Assembly: GCA_963669175.1 (NCBI GenBank) | Contig: OY769902.1 | Coordinates: 448,001-512,000, forward strand | Origin: a bacterium | GTDB lineage: Bacteria; Electryoneota; Electryoneia; Electryoneales; Electryoneaceae | Length of the DNA: 64,000 nucleotides | Reading direction: 5' to 3' | Shown: piece by piece, positions 29,999 through 40,129 of the stretch | Layout of the letters: each line of letters begins with the position of its first letter | How positions within the stretch are numbered: the first letter of the stretch is position 1 | Translations under genes and position numbers: made by a program | The notes under the pieces: model-generated | Database searches by the model: none | Told to the model about the DNA's origin: nothing | Seen by the model: the letters and a program-made list of their open reading frames with translations, nothing else

Positions 29999-31780
29999 TC
30001 ATTTTACCAGTGTAATTTTACTGATATGCTGTTCCTGTTCGTAACGGACTTGCAGGAAATAGATCCCGGATGCCCAGGAATGCCCATACAGGGAATAAGG
30101 ATATAAACCCGGCTGTACCGCCTGCTTCATCGTATGGACTTCCCGCCCGAGAATATCGTACACATTCACATGCAGCATACCAGCTCGTGGTATGGCTATA
30201 TCCATCTCAGTCATGGAATTAAACGGGTTCGGATGAAGGTTACGAACGGCGAACTTCTCCGGAATTCCGGTTCCTGCCGACTCGGGGGCGTCCAGTGAAC
30301 TGAACCGCCAGATAACTTTAGTAATGCCGCCGTAGAACCCATCGTCTATTTCGACATACAGCGAATCGCCACTGAACACATACACTCCCGAGATGTTCGA
30401 ATCCGAGATCATCCCGCCGCGAAAATACCACCGGTACTCGAGATCATAAGCCTCGGGGTCATGTGCTTCCACAATAAAATGGACAAAATCTCCCCACTCA
30501 TATCCCTCGAGTGTCAAAGACTGGGGACTGCGTGAATCAACAACCGGCGCCTGGTTCTGGTTGTAAAAACGTGCGCCCATGTCACCAACGGTGCCATCGT
30601 CATCCACTTCCCCGCATATACAAGCGTCAACGCACGGCGAGTTGGATCGTATTCTCAGGTAATCCGGCCCTTCGATAACAACATCTGTACGGAGCAGGGG
30701 CTCGGCTTCAAGGTTCCCCTCGCCATCATACACTTCACCGTAATAGACCCCGTAATTGTTATCGTAGTAGCACGAGTAATTCGAAGCTACCCGAATGGTT
30801 GGCGAACGAACAGCAAAGCCGCTGGCCCCCTGGATGATATTTCCGCACAGGGTAGGATTCGTACTCCTGGCGCCGATATAGATGCCGTCACGTAAATCCA
30901 CCTCGTTTGCGCCCGCATTGTAGATGGTATTTTGAATCAATTGGATGGATCTGCTGGCATCCAGAAAGATACCGGAACTGCGTGTCCATGCTACGATATT
31001 TCGTGTGAGGGTGGAATAACCGCAGTCATCCATATAAATGCCACGCAACATGGCGTCCATGATGACATTTTCACGAATTGTCGCATTGGTGCAATTGACC
31101 AGGCGGATGCCATTGCCTTCAAATTCCTTGATCAGTGTACCCTGGATAACAGGGGATGCGCGGTTGGTGAAGTAAATGCCATCTTCCCCACCCCAACCAC
31201 CACTCAAGACGCAGTCAATGATCTGTGCATCACTGCCGTTTCCGGAAATACTGTGCCCTTCCACAGAGCCATACCGGTTTGTGATATAGCACCCCTGGAT
31301 GATCGGTCTGCCACTGATGATGCTGATGTTGTTGTCTTCAGCGCCATGAATATGGGAATTTGTAATCCTGGCCTGGGTTTCATGAAAAACAACATTCTTC
31401 TCGCCATACATAATGGATGCACAATTGATGACACTGTTTGCAGCAGTGATAGTACTCAGTGTGATACCCCGCCACGCACCGGGAATACCCGCATTCAATG
31501 GACGAAAGACCACGGAATCACCGGGTTCACCCTGAACCTGCAGGTTACCGTTTACCCAAAGCCCGTATCCGGATTCAAAAAAGATTTCTACGCCGGGTTC
31601 AATGACAAGTGTTCTGTGGGCGGGAACATAAACTGTATCGTCAAAGACATAGTATGGGTTGCCGTTGGCGCGCAGTGTATCGAATAAGGCGCCCCTGAGT
31701 TCGGTTTCGCCCTGCGCGGAAAAAGGCGCTGCCGTACATACGAATAAAATGAGAAAAAACAACGTAATGCCCTGTTTCAT
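29999..31780 (-). CDS. Secreted right-handed beta-helix protein with C-terminal sorting domain (paralog A)
   Basis: Signal peptide; LVIEPGV N-cap; parallel beta-helix repeats; SPCVDA; HPNPFN...WASGIYF. Confidence 0.88.
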   Translation of the reverse strand: MKQGITLFFLILFVCTAAPFSAQGETELRGALFDTLRANGNPYYVFDDTVYVPAHRTLVIEPGVEIFFESGYGLWVNGNLQVQGEPGDSVVFRPLNAGIPGAWRGITLSTITAANSVINCASIMYGEKNVVFHETQARITNSHIHGAEDNNISIISGRPIIQGCYITNRYGSVEGHSISGNGSDAQIIDCVLSGGWGGEDGIYFTNRASPVIQGTLIKEFEGNGIRLVNCTNATIRENVIMDAMLRGIYMDDCGYSTLTRNIVAWTRSSGIFLDASRSIQLIQNTIYNAGANEVDLRDGIYIGARSTNPTLCGNIIQGASGFAVRSPTIRVASNYSCYYDNNYGVYYGEVYDGEGNLEAEPLLRTDVVIEGPDYLRIRSNSPCVDACICGEVDDDGTVGDMGARFYNQNQAPVVDSRSPQSLTLEGYEWGDFVHFIVEAHDPEAYDLEYRWYFRGGMISDSNISGVYVFSGDSLYVEIDDGFYGGITKVIWRFSSLDAPESAGTGIPEKFAVRNLHPNPFNSMTEMDIAIPRAGMLHVNVYDILGREVHTMKQAVQPGLYPYSLYGHSWASGIYFLQVRYEQEQHISKITLVK

Positions 31781-31888
31781 GCAAACCTCGTCTTTTTGCA
31801 CTACGTTACGCTTGAGTATCAATTGGTAATCGTTAATGATGAAGGTATAACTGTTCTCGATTTTATTCCAACATAATAGAGATTACCG

Positions 31889-32078
31889 GGAAAAGGGGAC
31901 GGGATCCTTTTCCTCGCACGCATTCAGAATACGCTTGCAGCATTCATAGAAAAGGAAACTGTCCCCTTTTCCGTGTGATTCCTGCCTGCTCGCAAGAAAA
32001 AGGGTACAGCCACCTTTCCCGAACCATATACACATCGGACCACTTGATTCCAGGGAAAGGAAACTGTCCCCTTTTTCC
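31889..32078. repeat. Cluster of four short AAAAGG...CCTTTT palindromes (REP-like)
   Basis: AAAAGGGGACGGGATCCTTTT, AAAAGGAAACTGTCCCCTTTT, AAAAGGGTACAGCCACCTTT and AAAGGAAACTGTCCCCTTTTT. Confidence 0.7.
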
Positions 32079-32238
32079 ATATCCTCTTTCCGTTTCACCA
32101 ATAGAACGCTCGTTGGATACTATCATGACGATTTATTTTCAAGAGTAGCTATAGTTGTCCAAACACTTTGCCAGAGTATCCTGTATACCACACGATCCCT
32201 TTCACAGAGATAGCGTGGTACACAGGGAAAAGGCTGGT

Positions 32239-34026
32239 TTACTTCAGGAGCAGCAGTTTACGCGAGTCTGTCTGCCCACGATAGTTTGCTTGCAGGAAAT
32301 ACACACCACCGGCCCAGTTTTCACCATTAATGGAAACGACAACCCGACCGGCCGGGACATCACGCATTTCCCTCCAGACACGACGTCCTTCAACCGTGTA
32401 GAGTTCGAGATTCAAAACTCCGGCCTCCGGAACAGCGACCTGGATGGAAGTCGTCGGGTTGAACGGGTTCGGATATGCGCTTTCAATCGCGAAAGCCTTT
32501 GGAAGTGTGTTTTCCGCATATTCCGGGGTGGCAACCTCATCGATGTGCCAGACCAGGGTAACACATCCTCCATACCAACCATCATCCACCTCTACCCATA
32601 TGGAATCGCCCATATCGGTGTACAGTAGCTCCAGGCGGACAGAGGTGTTCGTTCCGACTTCTTCACCACGGAAATACCAGGTGTAATCGAGTGGGTTCTC
32701 GTTGGGATCCTGCGCGGAAACCGAGAAAGTAACACTGTCCCCGCTGGCGTACCCGGTCAAGTCCAGGTTTTCCGGCACGTATGAATTGATGACCGGCGGA
32801 TCGTTCTGGTTGTAGAAACGTGCGCCGATATCTCCCGGGGTGCCGTCTTCGTCAGTATATCCGCCACAACCGGCCGCATCGACACAGGGCGAATTGTATA
32901 CCGGGCGCAGATGGTTCCAGCTAAATGGATCCTGCTCAATGTTCAGCATCGGATCGGTGTCCAGCAGGTCGCTGTCGCCACCTTCCAGCACACCACCGTA
33001 GGAGCCTTCATCGTTGTCGTAGTAGCAGCCGTATGCGGATGTGGCGGGGACATTGGAACGTACGCCGTACCCGGTGCATTCCATCACGATATTGCCACAG
33101 ATGTTCGGCGAGGAACACCCCGTACCGAAGTATATCCCGTCACGCAGGTCAACCTGGTTGGCCCCGGCACGATAGATCGTGTTATGAACCATGGTAACAC
33201 TGGCGGAATTGGTCAGGAAAATACCTGATCCGCGCGGGGTGTCGATTGTATTGTACGTGATCGTGGCGAAATCGGCATTGTCGATATACATGCCCCGTAA
33301 TTCGGGGGAATATATGAAGTTATGATCCACAAGGGCATCGTAAACATCTTCCAGCTCAATACAGTTATCGTTGCCGTCAGCAAGAGTATTGTTCGTAATG
33401 GTAGGTGTCGAATTGTCAATGATTCTGATTAATGCGCTACCGCTGTTGCCGCCGGTAATCGTACAATTATCAATTGTCGGTGTTCCCCCACGACTGAACA
33501 CACAGCTTCCAACATTTTCGGTGATATGATCCGCAATCACACAATTCTCAATTATGGGCGCACCATAGGTCATGTAAATGTTGTTGTCTTCGGCCGAATG
33601 AATCCGCGAGTTCCGTACCGTCGCCTCGGTGTAGTTCAGGTATACGTTCTTTTCGCCATAACTGATCACAGCACATTCGATGATGCTGTTATCCGAACTG
33701 TTGTCATTGATGGTGATCCCGTTCCAGCAGCCCGGCACCGGCGCTCCCATACCATGCATCAGCACCGAATCACCGGGCTCGCCCGCTACGATCAGGGTGC
33801 CATCCACCCATAAACCGTGATCTGCTCCGAAATAAATCTCGACACCAGGTTCAATCGTCAGCGTGTTGTACCTGGGCACATACACGGAGTCCCCGGTAAC
33901 CTCATAGGGGCTGAATAAAGCCCGCAGGGTTCCGGTTTGCTCTCCTTCCAGCAGGGTGTAGGCGCACAGCAACCCCGGAAGAAGAATAATCAGCGTCAGG
34001 GAAAGAAAAACTCTAGATGTGGTCAT
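32239..34026 (-). CDS. Secreted right-handed beta-helix protein with C-terminal sorting domain (paralog B)
   Basis: Same architecture as paralog A with shared peptides YGEKNV, AEDNNI, AGANxVDLRDGIY and GARFYNQN; YPNPFNP CTD. Start moved to ATG 34026. Confidence 0.88.
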   Translation of the reverse strand: MTTSRVFLSLTLIILLPGLLCAYTLLEGEQTGTLRALFSPYEVTGDSVYVPRYNTLTIEPGVEIYFGADHGLWVDGTLIVAGEPGDSVLMHGMGAPVPGCWNGITINDNSSDNSIIECAVISYGEKNVYLNYTEATVRNSRIHSAEDNNIYMTYGAPIIENCVIADHITENVGSCVFSRGGTPTIDNCTITGGNSGSALIRIIDNSTPTITNNTLADGNDNCIELEDVYDALVDHNFIYSPELRGMYIDNADFATITYNTIDTPRGSGIFLTNSASVTMVHNTIYRAGANQVDLRDGIYFGTGCSSPNICGNIVMECTGYGVRSNVPATSAYGCYYDNDEGSYGGVLEGGDSDLLDTDPMLNIEQDPFSWNHLRPVYNSPCVDAAGCGGYTDEDGTPGDIGARFYNQNDPPVINSYVPENLDLTGYASGDSVTFSVSAQDPNENPLDYTWYFRGEEVGTNTSVRLELLYTDMGDSIWVEVDDGWYGGCVTLVWHIDEVATPEYAENTLPKAFAIESAYPNPFNPTTSIQVAVPEAGVLNLELYTVEGRRVWREMRDVPAGRVVVSINGENWAGGVYFLQANYRGQTDSRKLLLLK

Positions 34027-34239
34027 GGTGTAGCTCCATCCGCACGTTCCTGGTTGTCGTTCAATGAGTACAGGGATGCTCATGAACCGGTCCTTATGGA
34101 TCAAAGTGTCCCGTTTTCGGGACGGTGGTCTGGTCTTTATCCACACGAATCGGTCCACAACAACAAAATAGCCCGTGACTGGTATGATACGCCAGCACAA
34201 CGGGCCAATAAAATCAAATCGAGTCTTGCGTAGCAACGA

Positions 34240-34602
34240 TTAAAGCTTTGAAAGAACCTCACGTACTGCCTCGGCGGCCAACTCAACCGAATGACGTTTT
34301 TTCTCCGGGACCCCGCCCAGCTCTGCATCCAACGTATCCGCGTCAACCTGCCTGGCTTCTGCAACGGTTTTTCCTTTGGCCCAGACGGTTGCTGCTGAAG
34401 CCGCTGCAAGAGTGCCGCTGCAGGCTCTCGCCTTGAATTGGACGTCCTCAATCGTATCGCCGTTTAACCGTACTGTCATACGGATGCGATCAAAACAACC
34501 ACCGCCCTGGTGTTGTACTTCGGCTGTGGCGTCCGGGTTCGCTACTTCGCCCACATTCTGCGGAGAAGCGAAATGCTGCATGTATTTTTCGCTGTAACTC
34601 AT
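34240..34602 (-). CDS. IscU/NifU-N-like scaffold protein lacking the third Cys
   Basis: YSEKYMQHFASPQNVG, GGCFD, ACSG, KKRHSVELA. Confidence 0.85.
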   Translation of the reverse strand: MSYSEKYMQHFASPQNVGEVANPDATAEVQHQGGGCFDRIRMTVRLNGDTIEDVQFKARACSGTLAAASAATVWAKGKTVAEARQVDADTLDAELGGVPEKKRHSVELAAEAVREVLSKL

Positions 34603-34680
34603 CGTCAATACTTTGTTGAATCTGCCTTGCCTGTAGAATGCCGAAGCGCTCTTCAGCCGCCTTTACTTTCGCCAGACCGT

Positions 34681-35352
34681 TTATGCGTCTGTCTTGTAAG
34701 GTTTTCCTTCGGTGAGCTTGATGATGACATCTTTTACACCGGGAATGGCCTCGATATGTTCACGGGCCTCTTCTTCAATGTTCTCGAAGAACATCTCGTC
34801 CGTCTCGCCCATCAACAGTTCTACGAAAATGCTTCCGCTCTGGTCAACTTCCACATAACGGATCATGTTCATCTTGACAATGCTGATGCCGACTTCCGGA
34901 TGAATGACATCTTTCAGAGAACGAACGACTGTTTCCTTGGTCAGTTCGATTTTCTCTTCGGTGTCCTCGCCGAGATGAGTCTTTTTCCAGGTGCGGACCG
35001 CCGATTTCAGTCCGTTAATGGCCAGCACGGAGCAATGAATCTTGACCGCCGGAAGCCCATCCAGCTCCTCGGTGACCGCCTTGGGAGTCATGTCAAGAAT
35101 TTCGTCCACTGTTTTGCCAATGGCCAGCTTGGTCGCCACGCTCGCCGTAGCAATGTTCGATGCACACCCGTACGAACGGAACTTGATGTCCTGCACCTTC
35201 TGAGTCTCGGAATCGATCTTCAGGTTATAGGTAATCATGTCACCACATGCCGGGCTGCCTTCTGTCGCTACGGCATCCGCGTCCTCGATCTCACCGACGT
35301 TGACCGGGTTGGTGAATTCCTGGATGACTTTCTGTGTGTACTTGATCGCCAT
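34681..35352 (-). CDS. iscU: IscU/NifU-like Fe-S scaffold fused to a DUF59 (SufT/MIP18-like) domain
   Basis: SPACGD, YGCASNIA and KIHCS (three Cys); C-terminal LKDVIHPEVGISIV...IPGVKDV. Confidence 0.85.
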   Translation of the reverse strand: MAIKYTQKVIQEFTNPVNVGEIEDADAVATEGSPACGDMITYNLKIDSETQKVQDIKFRSYGCASNIATASVATKLAIGKTVDEILDMTPKAVTEELDGLPAVKIHCSVLAINGLKSAVRTWKKTHLGEDTEEKIELTKETVVRSLKDVIHPEVGISIVKMNMIRYVEVDQSGSIFVELLMGETDEMFFENIEEEAREHIEAIPGVKDVIIKLTEGKPYKTDA

Positions 35353-35514
35353 GCTGCCAGTCCCCTATCACTTCCGGACGCCCTTCGCCCGGTTATGTAC
35401 CGCTATGTTGATGCTGCCTTTTGAACCTTACCGGGTACTTCAATCCAAACAATGTCATTCGTGTAGTACAACAAACAAAACCTATAACTTTATAACTTTT
35501 CAACTTTGTAACTA

Positions 35515-35544
35515 CCCGGCCAGGCATGGCCGGGCTACTTTTTT
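35515..35544. terminator. Hairpin between iscS and iscU
   Basis: CCCGGCCA-GGCA-TGGCCGGG with the T-run on the plus strand. Confidence 0.5.
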
Positions 35545-35559
35545 CACTGCCTGCTTTTT

Positions 35560-36786
35560 TCACTTCTTCTTATAGAACGTCGTCGCGTGATCACTTTCAC
35601 GTTCGCTGTGCTCTTCCGGGATAAATGCAGTCATTGCGCGCAGCTTGTCCACTGTCTCACGAGTTACTTCCAGCGCGTAATCCACATCCTCTTCCGTATT
35701 CAAACGGCTGAGGGTATAACGGATTGAACCATGCGCCTCTTCATGGAACAGGCCAATGGAGGTCAATACGTGTGAGGGCACCAGCGAACGTGAAGAACAG
35801 GCCGACCCGGATGAAACAAAAACGCCCTTCATGTTCATCATCATCAGGATGGCTTCACCCTCAATATACCGGAAGGTGACATTCAGGTTCCCGGGAACAC
35901 GATTCGGGCCGATCTCCGGGCCGTTCCAGCGTACATGTGGAATCGCCAGAAGACCTTCCTTCAAACGTGCCGCCAGCTTCTCTATCTTTTGAGTCGCCTC
36001 GTCACAATTCTTCAGGGACAACTCCACCGCTTTGGCAAACCCAACCGCGCCGGGTACGTTTTCTGTTCCTGGTCGTACGCCCTTTTCCTGCGGAGCGCCT
36101 TCGAAAATACGACGTACTTTCAGACCCTTGCGGACAAACATGACGCCGATACCCTTGGGGCCATGCGTCTTATGCGCGTTGAAGCTGGCCAGGTCGACCG
36201 GAAGCTCGTTCAGCGTGAAGGGAATCTTGCCCAAAGTCTGCACCATGTCACTGTGCAGCGGCACGTTGTGTTCACGGCAGATCGCACCCAATTCTTCCAG
36301 GTTCTGCACCACGCCGATTTCATTGTTGGCGTGAATGATGCTGACCAGCAGGGTGTCCTCACGGATCGCTTCGCGCAGGCTGTCGGGATCGACAAACCCT
36401 TCACCGTCCACCTTCAGCTCGGTCAGCTCAACCCAGCCCTCTTTCTGCCAACGCTTGACCACGTTCAGCACGGAAGAGTGTTCGATCGGCGAGACGATGA
36501 CATGCTTTTTGTCCGGACGCTCCAGTCGGAGCCCGTTCAAGGCCAGGTTGTTCGCTTCGGTTGCGCCGCTGGTGAAGTACAATTCCTCGGGCTTGCACCC
36601 CAGAGAACCGGCCAGCGATGCTCGCGCCTCATCCATGGTCTCTTCCGCTTCCAGACCCAGTTTATGCAACGAGGCCGGGTTGCCGAATTTTTCCGTAAAG
36701 TAAGGTATCATGGCGTCTACCACTTCCCGGAATACAGGAGTGCTGTCGCCATTATCAAGATATACGTTCGGTGTATCTGTGCTCAT
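35560..36786 (-). CDS. iscS: Cysteine desulfurase (IscS/NifS type)
   Basis: YLDN, GNPASLH, FTSGATEANN, AHKTHGPKG, RPGTENV, SSGSACSS. Confidence 0.95.
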   Translation of the reverse strand: MSTDTPNVYLDNGDSTPVFREVVDAMIPYFTEKFGNPASLHKLGLEAEETMDEARASLAGSLGCKPEELYFTSGATEANNLALNGLRLERPDKKHVIVSPIEHSSVLNVVKRWQKEGWVELTELKVDGEGFVDPDSLREAIREDTLLVSIIHANNEIGVVQNLEELGAICREHNVPLHSDMVQTLGKIPFTLNELPVDLASFNAHKTHGPKGIGVMFVRKGLKVRRIFEGAPQEKGVRPGTENVPGAVGFAKAVELSLKNCDEATQKIEKLAARLKEGLLAIPHVRWNGPEIGPNRVPGNLNVTFRYIEGEAILMMMNMKGVFVSSGSACSSRSLVPSHVLTSIGLFHEEAHGSIRYTLSRLNTEEDVDYALEVTRETVDKLRAMTAFIPEEHSERESDHATTFYKKK

Positions 36787-37045
36787 GTTCTATGCCGCTC
36801 TACTTGTAATCTGGTTAGTTCTCGTAACCCTCGTCGGGGAACCAGTTAAGGTAGTGAATCACTCGCAGCATTCCAATTGTGACGCGAGACGTAAACCCCA
36901 GCTGGAGAAACACAGGAGGAGCCCAATTGAAGCAGGCATTCACGACCCCAACGCTTGCTTGCTCCTGCCCGTGTTTCAGTGGCATAACATAGTACCCGGC
37001 CACCCCTTGGCAATCCAACTATTTCGCACTCCCGAGTCTACTCTC

Positions 37046-37104
37046 TTGACATTTACTTCACCCTAAAATATTTTACTGCTGAAACATTTATTGGTAAAAT
37101 ATTT
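37046..37104 (+). promoter_or_regulatory. Sigma-70 promoter with overlapping inverted-repeat operator (probable MarR site)
   Basis: TTGACA (37046-37051), 17 bp, TATTTT; perfect 11-bp inverted repeat AAATATTTTAC (37066-37076) / GTAAAATATTT (37094-37104). Confidence 0.7.
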
Positions 37105-37138
37105 ATTCCTTAACAATACCCAAACAGAAGGAGTAGCC

Positions 37139-37711
37139 ATGTTTGGATTCGGATATGGTGGAAGTGGCGACGGTGTTTGCCCTGTGTGTGAAGATAGTTT
37201 CATCAAAGGGTTGAGCGAACGGGACAAGATGCTGGTTACCCTGGCGCCGATGATCATGCACATTGGCGAACTGACACGTCGTATCGGTGACACAAAAATC
37301 TTTGACAGGTTCGATCTTAATACTCTCCGTTATGCCATCCTCCGTCACCTTGATGCGATCGGCAAGCCGGTTTCCATGAAAGTGTTGTCGGAAAGCATGG
37401 TGAAAAGCCCGGCCGGCATTACGCAGAATATTGATTTTCTGGAAAAACGGGGATTTGTGAACAGGGTGCCGAGCCAGGAAGACCGCAGGGTAAACCTGAT
37501 CGAAATGACTCCCGAAGGCTCTGAGATTCTTGAACAGGCAAACAAGTTCTATATCGAAAAAGTACGAGAACTCATGAAAGATTTGCCTGATGACAAACTC
37601 CAGATCATGTACAACATGCTTCATCTGTATATGGTTAAAACAATTCAGATCCTTGAATTGCCGTTCGATTTCAAGGAGTTTCTGATGGCACACGGGATAT
37701 CTGAGAAATGA
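37139..37711 (+). CDS. MarR family transcriptional regulator with N-terminal CPVC
   Basis: LEKRGFVNRVPSQEDRRVNLIEMTPEG winged helix; AAGGAG RBS before ATG 37139. Confidence 0.9.
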   Translation: MFGFGYGGSGDGVCPVCEDSFIKGLSERDKMLVTLAPMIMHIGELTRRIGDTKIFDRFDLNTLRYAILRHLDAIGKPVSMKVLSESMVKSPAGITQNIDFLEKRGFVNRVPSQEDRRVNLIEMTPEGSEILEQANKFYIEKVRELMKDLPDDKLQIMYNMLHLYMVKTIQILELPFDFKEFLMAHGISEK

Positions 37712-39060
37712 AACGTATGTTCTTTGCCTTGTTGCTGCCTGGGTTGGTTTGCAGCGTGCTCCAGGCACAGACAGCATGGGAATTCGGAAACGAGTTCGTA
37801 CGGGAAGCGTTGCGGACCAGCCCGGAATTGCTGGCCAAGCGTGCTGACAGCGATATCGCTCACCAGAAAACACGAAACTCACTCGGTGCGATGTTGCCCA
37901 GCATTGATTTCCAGAGCAGGTATACTCGGGCTGGCGGCGGTAGAGAAATCACGTTTGATGTGAATGATTTCATGCCGCCCAGTGTACTTCCTGTCGATGT
38001 TCCCACTTCTGTCATCCCTTTCCTTCGTCCTGAAGAACATGAGACCAAGCTTTCCTTCCAGCAACCTCTGTTTGTCGGCGGCAGTCTCTATCATTCCTGG
38101 CGCGCGCAGAAAATGGCCTTGTCTGCGGAGCATGCCTCGCTGAAAGCCCGTGAAGCTGAGATCGCCTATCGCACCCGTGCAGCCTGGTTTAACTGGTTGA
38201 GCGCACGCGAGCTGGTGCAGGTTAGCCTTGAAGATACTCTTTTGGCGGCCGAGCAGCTTCGGTCCGCAAGTGCGCGTGTTGAACAGGCTATGGCGAACAG
38301 CGCCGAGCTGCAACGTGCACGTGCTGCGCTTGCTGACGCACGTGCCAACTGGATAGACGCCAGCACACGTGAGCAGCTTGCATTGACCGCCTTGAACCGT
38401 TTGCTGGGACGTCCCCTGCTTCGAGAGCCGGATGTTCCGGTTTTGTCTGCTGACCTGCCTGAAGAAGCCCTGCCCTTGGAATCCGTTCTGTCTCTTGCCC
38501 GGGCGGATCGTGGCGAACTCCACCAGCTTGAGCAACAGGGCAGATCACTGGGGCACTACCAGAGCGCGGCGACTGGAACTTTCCTGCCCACGCTGGTTGC
38601 GGCCGGTGAATACGGCTACCAGGGCGAAGAATACAAGTTTGACAACGACCACGACTACTACACCCTTTCCCTTGTGATGAAGTGGAACCTGTTTGACGGT
38701 TTCCGAAAGAATGCAAAGCGTGAACAAGTCGTTCTTCAGCGCAGGCAGTTACAGGACACGCAACATGACGTTGAGCTGGCGATCGAACAGGATGTCACTC
38801 GCGCATGGCTCAACAATCGTTCCAGCAGGATGAAACATGCGGCAGCCGAAGAGGCAAGACTGGCGGCTGCAGAGAACTACCGTCTTGTCAAAGCCCTGTA
38901 TGATGAAGGTATGGCAAGTCAAGTTGAGTTGCTGGATGCTCAAACTACTCGCACCAGGGCTTCCACCCGGGAAATCGCCGCTCGTTACGGTGCCTGGATT
39001 GCCCAGGCGGATTTGTGGAGAAGTATCGGACACGTTTTCGAAGAGGATAACAATGAATAA
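37708..39060 (+). CDS. TolC family outer-membrane efflux protein
   Basis: Signal peptide; QPLFVGG, WNLFDG, YDEGMASQVELLDAQ; ATGA overlap with the marR stop. Confidence 0.92.
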   Translation: MKRMFFALLLPGLVCSVLQAQTAWEFGNEFVREALRTSPELLAKRADSDIAHQKTRNSLGAMLPSIDFQSRYTRAGGGREITFDVNDFMPPSVLPVDVPTSVIPFLRPEEHETKLSFQQPLFVGGSLYHSWRAQKMALSAEHASLKAREAEIAYRTRAAWFNWLSARELVQVSLEDTLLAAEQLRSASARVEQAMANSAELQRARAALADARANWIDASTREQLALTALNRLLGRPLLREPDVPVLSADLPEEALPLESVLSLARADRGELHQLEQQGRSLGHYQSAATGTFLPTLVAAGEYGYQGEEYKFDNDHDYYTLSLVMKWNLFDGFRKNAKREQVVLQRRQLQDTQHDVELAIEQDVTRAWLNNRSSRMKHAAAEEARLAAAENYRLVKALYDEGMASQVELLDAQTTRTRASTREIAARYGAWIAQADLWRSIGHVFEEDNNE

Positions 39061-40129
39061 CCGCATAAACAGGCAGAAACCAAGTCTGCTGACGCTGTTT
39101 CTCCCACTTTCAGGCGCTTTGGTCGCAGCAATCATTACTGGATGCAGCAAGGACAATACCACGGAACAGGAAGCGCCTGAACCACCTCGCCTGGTAAGGA
39201 TTGTCAAAGCCCGGGTACAGGAACGACACGAGAGTTACCGGATCAGCGGACGTGTCGTACACGCAGAAGAAGCGTTTCTTTCCTTTCGTGCCGGTGGATT
39301 TGTTGAACATATCCGTGTTGATGCCGGAGATCATTTCCGAAAAGGCGACACCCTTGCCACTCTGGATGCAACGGAAATCGCGGCAGGATTGCATGATGCC
39401 GTCGCTCAGCGTGAACAGCTTGAGCGCGATGTGCAGAGGTTACGCACTCTGAAAGAGCAGGCTGTCGCCACACAAAAGCAGCTCGAGGATGCGGAGACCG
39501 GTCTGGAAAGAGCCCGCGCTGCAGAACAACGAGCACGGTTTACCCTGGAAAAAGCTGCCATTATCGCCCCCTACAACGGGTTGGTCGCAGCCAGGATCGC
39601 CAACGAAGGCGAGATGCTGGGACAGGGAAAACCTGTGTTGCGAGTGGTGGATACGTCTGCCAAGCGGCGCATCCGTATGGGTGTTCCTTCCCGCCTGACC
39701 AGTTGGATTCGAAAAGGTCAGTCGGCTGAAGTGAAACTTGAGACCGTTCCTCAGATACTGGAAGGTACAATTGTCGAGGTTGGCGGCATTGCCGATCCAC
39801 GCACCGGAAATGTAACCATTGAGGTTGAACTCCCGAAACTGGAAGGTATTTTCGAGGGCGTCATTGCGAAAGTGACCCTGCTGGGGCCAAGCCGTGACAT
39901 TATCCCCCTTCCCGGCGGCGCACTGGCTGAAGCCGATGAGGACAGGGCGTTTGTGTTTGTTGTTGAGGACAATGTGGCGCTTCGGCGTGAAGTTCGGATT
40001 GAAGAATTTCATGGCGACACGGTCTTTGTTGCCCCGACGCTTCCATCCGGGACAATCCTGGTTGGCGAAAGCGCCGGGTTCCTGCGTGATGGCGAACCGG
40101 TCCGGGTTGACGGGGAGATCCGGCAATGA
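39053..40129 (+). CDS. RND efflux periplasmic adaptor (MFP), probable lipoprotein
   Basis: IITGC lipobox-like motif; GFVEHIRVDAGD, IIAPYNGLV; overlaps both neighbours. Confidence 0.9.
   Translation: MNNRINRQKPSLLTLFLPLSGALVAAIITGCSKDNTTEQEAPEPPRLVRIVKARVQERHESYRISGRVVHAEEAFLSFRAGGFVEHIRVDAGDHFRKGDTLATLDATEIAAGLHDAVAQREQLERDVQRLRTLKEQAVATQKQLEDAETGLERARAAEQRARFTLEKAAIIAPYNGLVAARIANEGEMLGQGKPVLRVVDTSAKRRIRMGVPSRLTSWIRKGQSAEVKLETVPQILEGTIVEVGGIADPRTGNVTIEVELPKLEGIFEGVIAKVTLLGPSRDIIPLPGGALAEADEDRAFVFVVEDNVALRREVRIEEFHGDTVFVAPTLPSGTILVGESAGFLRDGEPVRVDGEIRQ

Noticed and set aside
31889-32078. Possible mini-CRISPR of spaced palindromes
   Set aside because: The repeats are short, divergent and irregularly spaced; they fit REP-like elements better.
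34281-34310. Selenocysteine replacing the missing IscU Cys
   Set aside because: The codons read CAT TCG (His-Ser); there is no in-frame TGA.
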